This document shows positions 53,509-63,395 of a DNA stretch of 64,000 nt, piece by piece; position 1 is the stretch's first letter; the number at the start of each line of letters is the position of its first letter. The stretch is taken from positions 1,248,001-1,312,000 of the forward strand of contig OZ219815.1 of NCBI GenBank assembly GCA_964291235.2, read 5' to 3'. The position numbers and the translations under genes are program-made. Under the pieces are notes generated by a model. The model made no database searches. It was not told where the DNA came from and was given only the letters and a program-made list of their open reading frames with translations. Source of the DNA: Vicinamibacteria bacterium (GTDB lineage Bacteria; Acidobacteriota; Vicinamibacteria; Marinacidobacterales; Marinacidobacteraceae).

Positions 53509-55464
53509 TCACTCGGACTCCGGGAGCGCCAGCGCCACGAACTCGCCCGGATGGTCCGGGGCGCCGACCGCGACCACGATGAACTGCCGGCCGTCCGCCA
53601 GGTAGCTCATCGGCGTGCCGGACTGGTTCGCCGGCAGCTCGAACTCCCAGAGGATCTCTCCCGTCGCCTTGTCGTGGGCTCGGAACATGGGCCCGCCACT
53701 GCCGTACGCGGCGAACATCCCCGAGCCTTCGCCGGCGAAGAGGAGGGTCTTGGTGACCAGCAGGCCGCCCCGGTCGGTTTGCCCGGTCCGGCCCAGCTCG
53801 ACGCCGGCGAGCGCCGGGTGCTCGCGGACCCACTGGGGCGTATCGCTGTTTGGGATCTGCCAGAGGATTTCGCCGCGGTTGAGATCGAGCGCGGTGATGA
53901 GTCCCCAGGGTGGCTTCAGCAGCGGCAGGCCCTGCGGGCCGCCACCTTCGGGGAGCCGGATTTCGCGGCGCTGGCCCTGCACGAAGTCCATGGTGGAGCG
54001 CTCCGGATCGTGCTCGAGCCCGAGGATGTTGATGTCGAGACCCGACGACACGTACACGACTCCGGTCTCCGGGTCGGCGGCCACGCTCGGCCAGTTCGCG
54101 CCGCCGAGCGCGCCCGGAACGGTCAGCGTTCCCCGGTTTCCCCGCGGTTCCATGACCGTGGGCGGAGTGAACAGCGGACCGAGCGTGTAGAACCTCGCGA
54201 TCCGAAGGGCTTCTTCCTTCAGTTCCGGGGTGAGGTCGAGCAGGTCGTCCTCACTCACGCCCTGCCGCTGGAAGGGAGGGGGCTTCGTGGGGAACGGCTG
54301 TGTCGGAGCCGTGCGCTCGCCCGGCACGTTCGACTCCGGCATGGGGCGCTCCTCGATCGGCCACACCGGTTCGCCGGTGCGGCGGTCGAGAACGAAGGTG
54401 AACGCCTGCTTGGTGACTTGGGCGAGGGCGGGGATTTCCCGCCCGTCCACGGTCAAATCGAGGAGCACCGGCGCCGTCGGGAGGTCGTAGTCCCAGATCC
54501 CGTGGTGGACCGTCTGGTAGTGCCAGCGGCGTTCCCCGGTGGCCACGTCGAGGGCGACCACGCTCTGGGTAAAGAGGTTGTCACCGGGACGGTGTCCGCC
54601 GTAGTAGTCCCCGGTGCCGGCCTCGGTGGGCAGATAGACCAGTCCCAGTTCCGGGTCGGCGCTCATCCAGGACCAGACGCCCCCGTTGCCGGTGAACCGC
54701 CAACTGTCGTCCTCCCAGGTGTCGTTTCCGAACTCGCCCTCGCGCGGAATCGTGTGAAAAGTCCACAGCAGCTCTCCTGAGTGGACGTCGTAGCCGCGCA
54801 CCGGCGAAGGCGAGTTCTCCGGCGATGGCGGCGCGCCGCCGCTCACCAGCGCCGCCCCTACCACGACCACGTCGCCAACCACCGTCGGCGGCGATCCGGA
54901 GCCGATGGCCGCGGTCTCGACGTCCACCTCCCTGCCGAGATCGCGGCGCAGGTCCACCATCCCGTCCAGGCCGAAACCGGGGATCAGTCTCCCGGTCTCC
55001 GCCTCGAGCGCCACCAGCCGATAGGCCGGGGTGACCAGGAACACGCGCGCGGTCTCGCCGTCGCTCCAGAACGCCACGCCCCGTCCGGACGTCTGGCGGG
55101 GTGCCGACTCCCCGCGCGTGCCCTCGTCGAAACGGAAGGTCCAGAGCGTCTCCCCGGTGGCGGCATCGATCGCTACCGCCGCCCGTCGGGCGCCCGCAGT
55201 GACGTAGACCACCCCGTCGAGCATCAGCGGGGTGGCCCGCAGGTTCAGGTCGGGACGCGGCCCGAAGTTCCGCGAAGTCCAGCGCCAGGCAATTTCCAGT
55301 TGGTCCACGTTACCGGCGTGGATCTGATCCAGCGGGGAATAGCGGGTCGAAGACAGGTCCGCGGCGTAATGCGGCCATTCCCCGGGCTCCCGCTCTTGCG
55401 CGAGTGCCGGGGTGGCGACGACCCCAAGCGCCGCCGCGAGCCCGATCAGTCCCCGGAGTACCAA
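53509..55464 (-). CDS. PQQ-dependent glucose/quinate-type dehydrogenase, exported
   Basis: RYSPLDQI, ATPL, WHYQTVHHGIWDYD, GGANW, TPMSY. Confidence 0.9.
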   Translation of the reverse strand: MVLRGLIGLAAALGVVATPALAQEREPGEWPHYAADLSSTRYSPLDQIHAGNVDQLEIAWRWTSRNFGPRPDLNLRATPLMLDGVVYVTAGARRAAVAIDAATGETLWTFRFDEGTRGESAPRQTSGRGVAFWSDGETARVFLVTPAYRLVALEAETGRLIPGFGLDGMVDLRRDLGREVDVETAAIGSGSPPTVVGDVVVVGAALVSGGAPPSPENSPSPVRGYDVHSGELLWTFHTIPREGEFGNDTWEDDSWRFTGNGGVWSWMSADPELGLVYLPTEAGTGDYYGGHRPGDNLFTQSVVALDVATGERRWHYQTVHHGIWDYDLPTAPVLLDLTVDGREIPALAQVTKQAFTFVLDRRTGEPVWPIEERPMPESNVPGERTAPTQPFPTKPPPFQRQGVSEDDLLDLTPELKEEALRIARFYTLGPLFTPPTVMEPRGNRGTLTVPGALGGANWPSVAADPETGVVYVSSGLDINILGLEHDPERSTMDFVQGQRREIRLPEGGGPQGLPLLKPPWGLITALDLNRGEILWQIPNSDTPQWVREHPALAGVELGRTGQTDRGGLLVTKTLLFAGEGSGMFAAYGSGGPMFRAHDKATGEILWEFELPANQSGTPMSYLADGRQFIVVAVGAPDHPGEFVALALPESE

Positions 55465-56621
55465 ATCCGGTAGATCGCTCCCGCGCGGTCGTCGGAGACG
55501 AGGATGTCGCCGCCGGGAAGTTCAAGAATGTCCACCGGACGACCCCAGGGACGCTCGTCCGGCTCGCCGATCCAGCCGGTTACGAAGTCCTCGTATCCGG
55601 TTGCCGCGCCTTGCTCATTCCGCACCAGGGTCAACCGGTACCCGATGCGCTCGCTCCGGTTCCAGGAGCCGTGCTCGGCGACGAGCGCCTGGCCGCGGTA
55701 CTCCTCGGGGAACTGGTCGCCCCGGTAGAAGGTCATCCCGATCGCCGCCACGTGCGGGCCGAGCTTCTGGGTGGGAGGCTCGAACTCGTCGCAGGAGCGG
55801 TCGCGCCCGTACCAGGGATCGCTTACATCTCCGGCGTGGCAGTAGGGATAGCCGAAGTGCTGCCCGGCTTCCGTGAGGATGTTCATCTCCCCGGGCGGGT
55901 TGTCATCCCCGAGCCAGTCCGGATTGTTGTCGGTGAACCACATCTGGCCGGTCGCGGGGTGCCAGTCGAAACCGACGGACATCCGGACGCCGCGCGCGGC
56001 GACTTCGAGTCCCGTTCCGTCGGGCTGCATCCGGGCGATGGAGGCGAAGATGGGGTTCTCCGATGCGCAGCGGTTGCAGGGCGCCCCCACCGGGACATAG
56101 AGCATTCCGTCGGGCCCGAAGTCGATGAACTTCCAGCCGTGGTGGCGCATGTTGGGCAGGTCGTCGGTGACCACCACGGGCTCGCCCGGTTCCTCCAGCC
56201 GCGATTCGATGTCGTCGAACCGGAGGATCCGGTTGACCTCGGCCACGAAAAGGTCGCCGTCCCGCATCGCTACCCCGTTGGGCATGAACAGGTTCTCGGC
56301 CAGGGTGTGGAGTTCGTCCGCCACCCCGTCGCCGTCTTTGTCACGGAGCGCGAACACCCCGCCGGAAGCCTCGCGGGTCCCGACGAAGATCGTCCCGTTC
56401 TCACCCCGCGCCAGCGACCTGGCTCCGGGAACGCGTCCCCAGACGCCGATCTCGAACCCCGGCGGGAGCGATAGGCGTTCGAGCGGCAGCGCCGGCGGTC
56501 CGTCCTGGGCCTCGGCGACCTGGTCGGCAGGGGCGCCGGTGCCGGCTCCCGTGCAGCCAAGGCCGGCGAGTGCGATCAGACAGAGGCTTGCCGCAGCCAG
56601 CCGGGCGGGGTGCGTGCGCAT
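55446..56621 (-). CDS. PQQ-dependent sugar/sorbosone dehydrogenase family lipoprotein
   Basis: LAGLG-C lipobox, LPPGFEI, HHGWKFIDFGPDG, HFGYPYCH, HGSWNR, GRPVD. Confidence 0.9.
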   Translation of the reverse strand: MRTHPARLAAASLCLIALAGLGCTGAGTGAPADQVAEAQDGPPALPLERLSLPPGFEIGVWGRVPGARSLARGENGTIFVGTREASGGVFALRDKDGDGVADELHTLAENLFMPNGVAMRDGDLFVAEVNRILRFDDIESRLEEPGEPVVVTDDLPNMRHHGWKFIDFGPDGMLYVPVGAPCNRCASENPIFASIARMQPDGTGLEVAARGVRMSVGFDWHPATGQMWFTDNNPDWLGDDNPPGEMNILTEAGQHFGYPYCHAGDVSDPWYGRDRSCDEFEPPTQKLGPHVAAIGMTFYRGDQFPEEYRGQALVAEHGSWNRSERIGYRLTLVRNEQGAATGYEDFVTGWIGEPDERPWGRPVDILELPGGDILVSDDRAGAIYRIWYSGD

Positions 56622-56626
56622 CGGGG

Positions 56627-58231
56627 TCAGTTGGCGGCGTCGGCCCTGGGAATCGCTTCGACCAGCAGCGCCAGCGCACTCTGGAGCGCCCGGTTGGCGC
56701 TGCCGTCGAGCGAACCCTCGTAAAGCCCGAGCCGCGCGATCACCATGTCGTGTTCGGGAACGATGATCGTGCTCTGGCCGCCGGCGCCGGCGAAGCTGTA
56801 GCTGCTGTTGGGAAGCGCGGGGAAACGCTTCTCGCCGCCCTTCGGCGGGTTGTTGATCCAGATGAGCCCGCCGTAGATGGGCCGTCCGTCGGCCTCCCAG
56901 GAGGGTGCCACCGAGGTCGCGAACTCGACGAATTCCTCCGACAGCACCCGCTCTCCGTTCGGGGCCATGCCGCCGTCCAGATAAAGCTGCCCGAGCCGGG
57001 CCCAGGCCCGCCCGCTTCCGAAGCCGTAGCCGTTCAGCAGGAAGTTGCCGTGGGGATCGCCTTCCGCGACGAACCGGTTGGCGCCGATCTTGTCGAAGAG
57101 GTGCTTCTGGGGGAACTGGTGATAGTTCTCGTCGCGCCCCTCGACTCCGAGCCGGACGATGTGGTTCGTGAGCACCGGGTCGCAGTTGCGGTACCGCCCG
57201 ACCGTGTTGGGCGCCCACTGCGGCGCGCGCTGGGTGGCCCAGATGTGGGAGTCCACGGTGCTGGTGTAGAGGTAGAGGTGATCCGGATAGCCCATCGTCG
57301 CTTCGTCCCACTCCGGATCGCCGGCGTTGAGGCAACGGAGTCCGCTGGACATCTGCAGGATGTCCTGGATGCGGATCGTGCCGCGCACGTCGTTCGGGTC
57401 CTCGTGCCAGGCGTCGATCGGAGCGAGCTGGTCGAGCGTGTAGACCCCCTGAGTGATCAACAATCCCATCAGGGTCGCGGAGAGGCTCTTGTTCATGGAC
57501 CAGCTCTCGAGCGGGGTGTCCTTGGTGATCCCGTCTTCTTCGCGATACCGCTCGGCAACCAGCCGGCCCCGGTGGAGGACCACGAAGGCGAGCGTCATCG
57601 CGCCATCCTCGAACGCCGCGTCCACCGCCGCCTCGAGCTGCTCCGCGTCCACGTCCTCGGGAAGCGGCTCATCCGGGAGCACGTCCCCCATGGGCCACGG
57701 GTCTTCCTGGTTCACCGTGGAGGTGACGGGGACGGTCTCGTAGAACGGGGCTTCCTCCCCAATCGGGAGCGTGACGCAGCCCTGGTCGCCGTGGAGCACC
57801 GCCGTCCGCGTGACGCCGGTATCGGTGGTGATGTGGACCTTCTGATTGTCCATGTCGATCTCGCGCCCCGGGAGCCGGTCGCGATACCGATAGCGGGAGG
57901 TGAAGCCTCCGATCTGGTGCTGGGCCGCCTCGAAATCGAGCCCGGTCAGGAAGACCGCCGAGCAGAGCACCTTGGCGAAGCCCGACGCCTCGTGCTCGAT
58001 GAACACGGCCGGATCCAGGAACCCGCGCGGCGGGTGCTCGCGCTCGGTGTCGAGTTCGTACTGAGCCGAACGGAAGACGAGACATTCGTTCAGGCTCATG
58101 TCGTCCGTGCAGGGCTGCTCCATGAACGGTTCCTCGCCCCCTCCTGCGCAACCGACGGCGAACGCCAACAGAAGTGCGGCGATGATCGGGAGCGCTGGAC
58201 GCGCTCGAAGATTCGTTGGCGGGTAACTCAT
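56627..58231 (-). CDS. Serine hydrolase (beta-lactamase class C-like) lipoprotein
   Basis: FAVG-C lipobox, SWSMNK (SxxK), YRN, GAGGQ. Confidence 0.88.
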   Translation of the reverse strand: MSYPPTNLRARPALPIIAALLLAFAVGCAGGGEEPFMEQPCTDDMSLNECLVFRSAQYELDTEREHPPRGFLDPAVFIEHEASGFAKVLCSAVFLTGLDFEAAQHQIGGFTSRYRYRDRLPGREIDMDNQKVHITTDTGVTRTAVLHGDQGCVTLPIGEEAPFYETVPVTSTVNQEDPWPMGDVLPDEPLPEDVDAEQLEAAVDAAFEDGAMTLAFVVLHRGRLVAERYREEDGITKDTPLESWSMNKSLSATLMGLLITQGVYTLDQLAPIDAWHEDPNDVRGTIRIQDILQMSSGLRCLNAGDPEWDEATMGYPDHLYLYTSTVDSHIWATQRAPQWAPNTVGRYRNCDPVLTNHIVRLGVEGRDENYHQFPQKHLFDKIGANRFVAEGDPHGNFLLNGYGFGSGRAWARLGQLYLDGGMAPNGERVLSEEFVEFATSVAPSWEADGRPIYGGLIWINNPPKGGEKRFPALPNSSYSFAGAGGQSTIIVPEHDMVIARLGLYEGSLDGSANRALQSALALLVEAIPRADAAN

Positions 58232-58317
58232 GATCGTCTCCTCCCGGCTGCGGGACAGGGATCGGGGCGTTCGTTCCGCGGAACGCCGGACCCCCGATTG
58301 TATGGCCGACTGCGGTC

Positions 58318-58499
58318 AACAGCCTGTGGATGGAGTGCCGTGAGCACCGAGAACGGCGAGGCGCCTGGCTGACAAGGCGCGTGAGGGAGGAATACCTGGT
58401 GTATTCCGACCGAAACGCAACGATGAGGGCCGCATGGCGGCCCGTTCAGACGGGATGCATCGCCGTTCGAATGCCGCGTGACTTCATTCACAGGCTGTT
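58318..58499. mobile_element. MITE-like 182-bp inverted-repeat element
   Basis: TIRs aacagcctgtggatggagt / acttcattcacaggctgtt (17/19), several internal hairpins, no credible ORF. Confidence 0.65.
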
Positions 58500-58540
58500 C
58501 CAGCCCCCGTGCGGATACTCTGCCTGCCGCTGCTCCACTC

Positions 58541-60814
58541 ATGATCCGCGAAAGCACGGCCCCTCGCCCTCACATCGTTTTGGTGGGTGGGGGCCATTCC
58601 CACGTCCAAGTGCTCCGCCGGATGATGATGCGCCCCTGGCCCGAGGCGAGGGTGACCGTCGTGCTCGACACGCCGGTCGCGGTCTACTCGGGCATGGTTC
58701 CCGGCTTTGTGGCCGGTCAGTACCGGGCTTCCGAACTCGAGATCGACGTGGTCCCGCTCGCCCGGCTCGCGGGAGCGGAGGTCATCCTCACTCCCGCGAC
58801 CGGAGTGGACCCGGCTTCCCGCCGGGTCCGGCTCGATGGGCGGCCCCCACTCGCCTACGACTACGTTTCTTTCGACATCGGAAGCACCGTGGCGGGACTC
58901 GACCTTCCCGGTGTCCGGGAGCGGGCCCGCGCCACCCGTCCCATATCGCGCCTGGTGCGGGAGATCGGAACGCTCACGGAGTCGTTCCTCGCGCACGCCG
59001 CGGAGCGCCCATTCGAGGTGGTGGTCGCGGGCGGAGGCGCCGGAGGGATCGAGCTGGCCTTCACGGTCCGGGAGAGGCTGCTGTCCGCGGCCGGCCGGGC
59101 CGGCGTCGAACGGTCACTCCGGGTCACCCTGCTGCAGGCGCTCCCCGAGATTCTCCCCGGTTTCCCGCCTTCCCTCGCCGGGCGGGCGCGCCGGAATGCC
59201 GCGGCGCGGGGTATTTCGATCGTCACTGACCGGATGGTCGCTGAGGTGGAAGACGGCCGGGTCCGGCTCGAAGGCGGTGAAACCGTTTCGGTGGATTCCC
59301 TGATCTGGGCGGTGGGAGCCGGAAGCCTGGAGCTTTTTCGCGATTCCGGGTTGCCTCTCGACGAGCGGGGATTCGTGCTCACCCGTTCGACGCTCCAGAC
59401 CCTGGGCGACGATCGGATCTTCGCGGTGGGGGACTGTGCGACCCTCGAGGACTGGCCGGCGACCCCGAAGGCCGGGGTGTACGCCGTCAGGCAGGGGCCG
59501 TTCATTGCCGACAACCTGCGCCGGGTGGTGGCCGGGCGCCCTCTTCGGCGTTACCGGCCGCAGTCCGATTTCCTCACCCTCCTGAACCTCGGGGACGGCA
59601 AGGCGCTCGGGGCGAAGTGGGGAACGTCCTTCGAGGGCCGCTGGGTGATGACCCTGAAGGACCGGATCGACCGGAAGTTCATGCAGAAGTTCCAGGTCCT
59701 GGATGACGGCGGGGCGACCACCGACGAGTTTTCCCGCATGGACCGCACCGCCATGGAGGCGATGTTGTGCGGCGGCTGCGCGGCGAAGGCCGGCCAGACG
59801 ACGCTCGACCGGGCGCTCGGCCGCCTGCGCGACGAGTTCGGCTCCGGGCCGGCCGGGCAGTCGGAAGGGGTCCGCCTGGGGCTTGATCAGTCGGACGACG
59901 CGGCCGCCTTCGCCACGCCGCGCGGCGATGTGGTCGTGTCCAGCGTGGATTGGTTCAAGGCGTTCAGCGGGGACCATTGGCTGAACGGGAAGGTCGCGGC
60001 GGCGAACGCCCTGTCGGATCTCTTTGCGACCGGTGCGGCGCCCCGCTACGCGATGGCGCTCGTCAACCTTCCCGAGGAAGAGGATCCCGAGGAGCGAGCG
60101 GAAACGCTGTATCAGTTGCTTGCCGGCGCTCGCTCGCTTCTTGACGCGCGCGGCGTGTCGCTGCTCGGCGGTCATACGACCGTGGGGCCGGAGCTGACCG
60201 TCGGCTTCTCGGTGGAGGGGCACCCTATCGGTGAGCACCTGCTGACCCTCGACCGCCTGGCGGTCGGGGACGGCCTCTACCTGACCAAGAGGCTTGGTAG
60301 CGGCGTGGTCCTTCGCGGGGTCGCCCTGGGACAGGGCCGGGGAGAGTGGCTGCAGGAGGCGACGGCCCAAATGGTGCGCCCCAACGAAACGGCCGCCCGG
60401 GCCGCGGTCGCGGCGGGACTGCGGGCCGCCACCGACGTGACCGGGTTCGGCCTCATGAACCACCTTGCCGAGATGCTGCGGGCGAGTGGGCTGTCGGCCG
60501 AGCTCGATGTCTCCGCCCTGCCGGCGCTGCCCGGCGCGGAGGAACTGCTGGGCTCGGGTCTTCGGAGTACCGCCCACGAACAGAACCGGAACATCGTGAA
60601 GGCGGTCCGGGTCGAGGGCATGGCTTCGCGCCATCCCGGCTTTGAGTTGCTATTCGATCCCCAGACCGCGGGAGGCTTTCTCGCTGGCGTTCCTGAGGCG
60701 CGAGCTGGAGACTTTTGCGCGCGGCTGCGCGAAGCAGACGTCGGGGCGGTTCGCATCGGGACCGTGATCGCGCGCCCGGACGACGGAGCCGTCGCTACGA
60801 TTCGGGAAGCGTGA
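58541..60814 (+). CDS. selD: Selenide,water dikinase fused to an N-terminal FAD-dependent pyridine-nucleotide oxidoreductase
   Basis: VGGGHSH, YSGMVPG, GGGAGG, FAVGDC, PKAGVYAVRQG; then CGGCAAK, DDAAA, GGHT, TDVTGFGL, DPQTAGG. Confidence 0.9.
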   Translation: MIRESTAPRPHIVLVGGGHSHVQVLRRMMMRPWPEARVTVVLDTPVAVYSGMVPGFVAGQYRASELEIDVVPLARLAGAEVILTPATGVDPASRRVRLDGRPPLAYDYVSFDIGSTVAGLDLPGVRERARATRPISRLVREIGTLTESFLAHAAERPFEVVVAGGGAGGIELAFTVRERLLSAAGRAGVERSLRVTLLQALPEILPGFPPSLAGRARRNAAARGISIVTDRMVAEVEDGRVRLEGGETVSVDSLIWAVGAGSLELFRDSGLPLDERGFVLTRSTLQTLGDDRIFAVGDCATLEDWPATPKAGVYAVRQGPFIADNLRRVVAGRPLRRYRPQSDFLTLLNLGDGKALGAKWGTSFEGRWVMTLKDRIDRKFMQKFQVLDDGGATTDEFSRMDRTAMEAMLCGGCAAKAGQTTLDRALGRLRDEFGSGPAGQSEGVRLGLDQSDDAAAFATPRGDVVVSSVDWFKAFSGDHWLNGKVAAANALSDLFATGAAPRYAMALVNLPEEEDPEERAETLYQLLAGARSLLDARGVSLLGGHTTVGPELTVGFSVEGHPIGEHLLTLDRLAVGDGLYLTKRLGSGVVLRGVALGQGRGEWLQEATAQMVRPNETAARAAVAAGLRAATDVTGFGLMNHLAEMLRASGLSAELDVSALPALPGAEELLGSGLRSTAHEQNRNIVKAVRVEGMASRHPGFELLFDPQTAGGFLAGVPEARAGDFCARLREADVGAVRIGTVIARPDDGAVATIREA

Positions 60815-61659
60815 TCGCGCCAAATCCGGCCCGCAACCTTCCCTTCGTGAAGATGTCGGGAGCCGGCAACGACTTCGTGGTTGTGGACAACCGGGACGGC
60901 GCCATTGCCGAGCCCGACAAGGCTCGGCTCGCCCGGCGAGCGTGCCGCCGAAAGGTCGGGATCGGGGCTGACGGCCTGATCCTGATCGAGGGCAGCGGGA
61001 CGCGGCCAGATGCCGACTATGTGATGCGGTATTTCAACGCCGACGGCAGTGAGGGCGAGCTCTGCGGCAACGGAACGCGCTGTGCGGCGCTCTTCGCCCG
61101 AGACATCGGCGCCGGGGGCCTTTCGCAACGCATCGCAACCCCGGCGGGAGTGCTCAGCGCCCGGATCCTCGCGACGGATGCGACCGGACTCGCAACGGTG
61201 CGGGTGGCGATGGCGAAGCCCACCGCCATCCGCCGGCTTCGCTTGCCGGATCTCCCCGGCGGGGACGCGGAACTCTTCGCGTTGGACGTCGGCGTCCCGC
61301 ATGCCATCGAAGTGGTTCCGGACGTCGGCGCCGTGGATGTGGAGCGGCGCGGCAATGCGATTCGCCGCCATCCCGCCTTCCCGGCGGGAGCGAACGCCAA
61401 CTTCATTGCCCTGGACGAAGTCGCCGGTGAGATTCATCTCCGCACCTTCGAGCGCGGCGTGGAGGCCGAGTGCCTCGCGTGCGGCACCGGGGCGACCGCC
61501 GCGGTCACGGTGGCCCATCGCTTTCTCGACTGGTCTCCGGCGGCGCCGGTACGGGTGGCGAGCGGCGAACTCCTCCAGATCGACGTGACGGGCGAGACAC
61601 CGCTGATGACGGGTCCGGCGACTCGAGTCTTCGAAGGCGTCGTTGCGGCGCTCGGGTGA
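60811..61659 (+). CDS. dapF: Diaminopimelate epimerase
   Basis: FVKMSGAGNDF, GIGADG, FNADGS..LCGNG, GVPH, RTFERGV..LACGTG. Confidence 0.95.
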   Translation: MIAPNPARNLPFVKMSGAGNDFVVVDNRDGAIAEPDKARLARRACRRKVGIGADGLILIEGSGTRPDADYVMRYFNADGSEGELCGNGTRCAALFARDIGAGGLSQRIATPAGVLSARILATDATGLATVRVAMAKPTAIRRLRLPDLPGGDAELFALDVGVPHAIEVVPDVGAVDVERRGNAIRRHPAFPAGANANFIALDEVAGEIHLRTFERGVEAECLACGTGATAAVTVAHRFLDWSPAAPVRVASGELLQIDVTGETPLMTGPATRVFEGVVAALG

Positions 61660-62780
61660 CCTTCGGGGCCGTGACGCGAGGTCGCCCGCCGTCTGCGCTC
61701 CGGCGCCGGCTGCTCGCCGCGGGGGTCGCGGGCGCCTGCGCCTTCGCGGTTGCCGGATGCGAGGGCGATTCCGGCTCGCAGTCGCCGACCGCACCGGCTC
61801 CGAGTCCGACTCCATCCGCTCCCGTGGAGCCGCCGGTCCCCACCCGCTGCGCGGAAGAAGGCCGCGTTCTGGAGTTTGGTTTCTACGCGCTCTACGAGCC
61901 GATCAGCTACGGCGCCAGCGGCGATCCCGAAGCGGCCGGATTCAACGAACACCGCGGCTACGAAGCCGACCTCCTCACGGCCCTCGAAGCCATGGAGGGC
62001 ACCGGTCTCGCCTTCAACCGGCGCGGAATCGACACCTGGCCCGGGATGTGGTTGCTTCCGGCTACTTCGGAATTGGACCTGGTGGGAGGCGGCATCAAGA
62101 TTCTGGAGGAGCGCACGCGGGACGCCGCCGGGACGCCCGCGGTGGCGTTCACGTCGGGACACATCGGGTTCCGGCTCGCGCTCCTGGTGCGCGCCCTCGA
62201 CGCCGCCGGCCCCTTCGAATACAGCGATCTGACGAAGGACGTCGCGGTGGGCGTATCCGCGGAAACGACCGCAGAGTCCCGCCTTCTCCGGATCGTCGGA
62301 CTCACTGATGAGAACGGTGTGCTGCTCGCGGGGACCAGCGTGACCACTCCCACCGGGGCCGTGGTCGCGGACGGCAGCGATGCCTACCGCATAGCGGCGA
62401 CCGAGGCGTCCGAAAACCTCTCCGGACGCGAACATCTGGATCCGCCTTCCACCGGCTTTCCCCAGGTCGTGTTCTTCGACTCCGAGTCGGTCCGGTCCGA
62501 GCGCCTGCTGGCCCTCGTCAGCGGGCGGGTGGACGCGCTGGCGGGCGACGAAATCGGACATCGCGCCGTGGAACAGGCTGCTGGCGGCCACTTCGCGGTG
62601 ACCGCCCTCGACGCGCACGTCGAACTCGGCGGTTTCGCCCTCGCCGAGGGCGATCCGGCTCTGCTCGCCTGTCTCGACGACAAGCTGAACTACCTCACCG
62701 ACGATCGGAACATCGGTTACTCAGAGTGGCTGGCCAATCCCGCGGTGTTCCTGGAGCGGGCCGAAGCCTGGACTCCGTAG
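61656..62780 (+). CDS. Substrate-binding protein (family 3) lipoprotein
   Basis: FAVAG-C lipobox, Pro-rich linker, YEPISY, GYEADLL, ILEER, VSGRVDA; start 61656 or 61671. Confidence 0.75.
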   Translation: MTFGAVTRGRPPSALRRRLLAAGVAGACAFAVAGCEGDSGSQSPTAPAPSPTPSAPVEPPVPTRCAEEGRVLEFGFYALYEPISYGASGDPEAAGFNEHRGYEADLLTALEAMEGTGLAFNRRGIDTWPGMWLLPATSELDLVGGGIKILEERTRDAAGTPAVAFTSGHIGFRLALLVRALDAAGPFEYSDLTKDVAVGVSAETTAESRLLRIVGLTDENGVLLAGTSVTTPTGAVVADGSDAYRIAATEASENLSGREHLDPPSTGFPQVVFFDSESVRSERLLALVSGRVDALAGDEIGHRAVEQAAGGHFAVTALDAHVELGGFALAEGDPALLACLDDKLNYLTDDRNIGYSEWLANPAVFLERAEAWTP

Positions 62781-62783
62781 GTG

Positions 62784-63380
62784 CTATCCGCGCCGCGTTC
62801 CGATCCAGCGCCGGACGGAAGACCGGTATTCCCGGTATTCCGCGCCGTGCTTTGACAGCAGGTACTCCTCCTCCAGCCGAACCTGGACCGGAATCGCGAT
62901 CCAGGCGGCGGCTGTCGCGCCGAAGCTGAGCGCGTTCGGCGCCATCAGGAAGAACCCGCAGACCGCCGCCAGGATGCCGAGATAGATCGGGTTTCTCGAC
63001 CGCGAGAAGAGCCCGTGGCGGATCAGGGTGGTCTTCTCCGCCGCATCAATCCCCATTCGGAACGAAGCGGACATCTGGACCTGGGCGATGCCGATCCAGA
63101 GAATTGCTGCGGCGACCAGCCCGGCGCCGGCGGTGTGAGCGGCTCCGGTCTCCAGGTAGGCGATGGGCACGAACCACGGCTTCAGGGCTGGCGCAAACGA
63201 GTACGCCAGGCTGATGAACAGCCAACCGGCCACCGACATCTTCAGGATTCGGTCCAGGACGCCGCCGATGGAATCGTCGGCTCTCAGCTTCACGGGGTTG
63301 ATCCCCGTTCTCCGGTAAACGAGCACCGCCCGCATCACGGTGAGCCCGCAGAAGGCCGCGAACAGGGTGAGAAGAACCAT
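62784..63380 (-). CDS. Isoprenylcysteine carboxylmethyltransferase family protein
   Basis: LIRHGLFSRSRNPIYLG, EEEYL...G.EY.EY...VRRW. Confidence 0.9.
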   Translation of the reverse strand: MVLLTLFAAFCGLTVMRAVLVYRRTGINPVKLRADDSIGGVLDRILKMSVAGWLFISLAYSFAPALKPWFVPIAYLETGAAHTAGAGLVAAAILWIGIAQVQMSASFRMGIDAAEKTTLIRHGLFSRSRNPIYLGILAAVCGFFLMAPNALSFGATAAAWIAIPVQVRLEEEYLLSKHGAEYREYRSSVRRWIGTRRG

Positions 63381-63395
63381 GCCGTCTATTTTCCC

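Noticed and set aside
58318-58499. 6S RNA
   Set aside because: Length fits, but the fold is multibranched rather than a rod with central bubble, and a related end sequence occurs at 22519-22537; not excluded without an Rfam scan.
59760-59790. Selenocysteine (UGA) form of SelD
   Set aside because: The catalytic position is TGC (Cys); no in-frame TGA.
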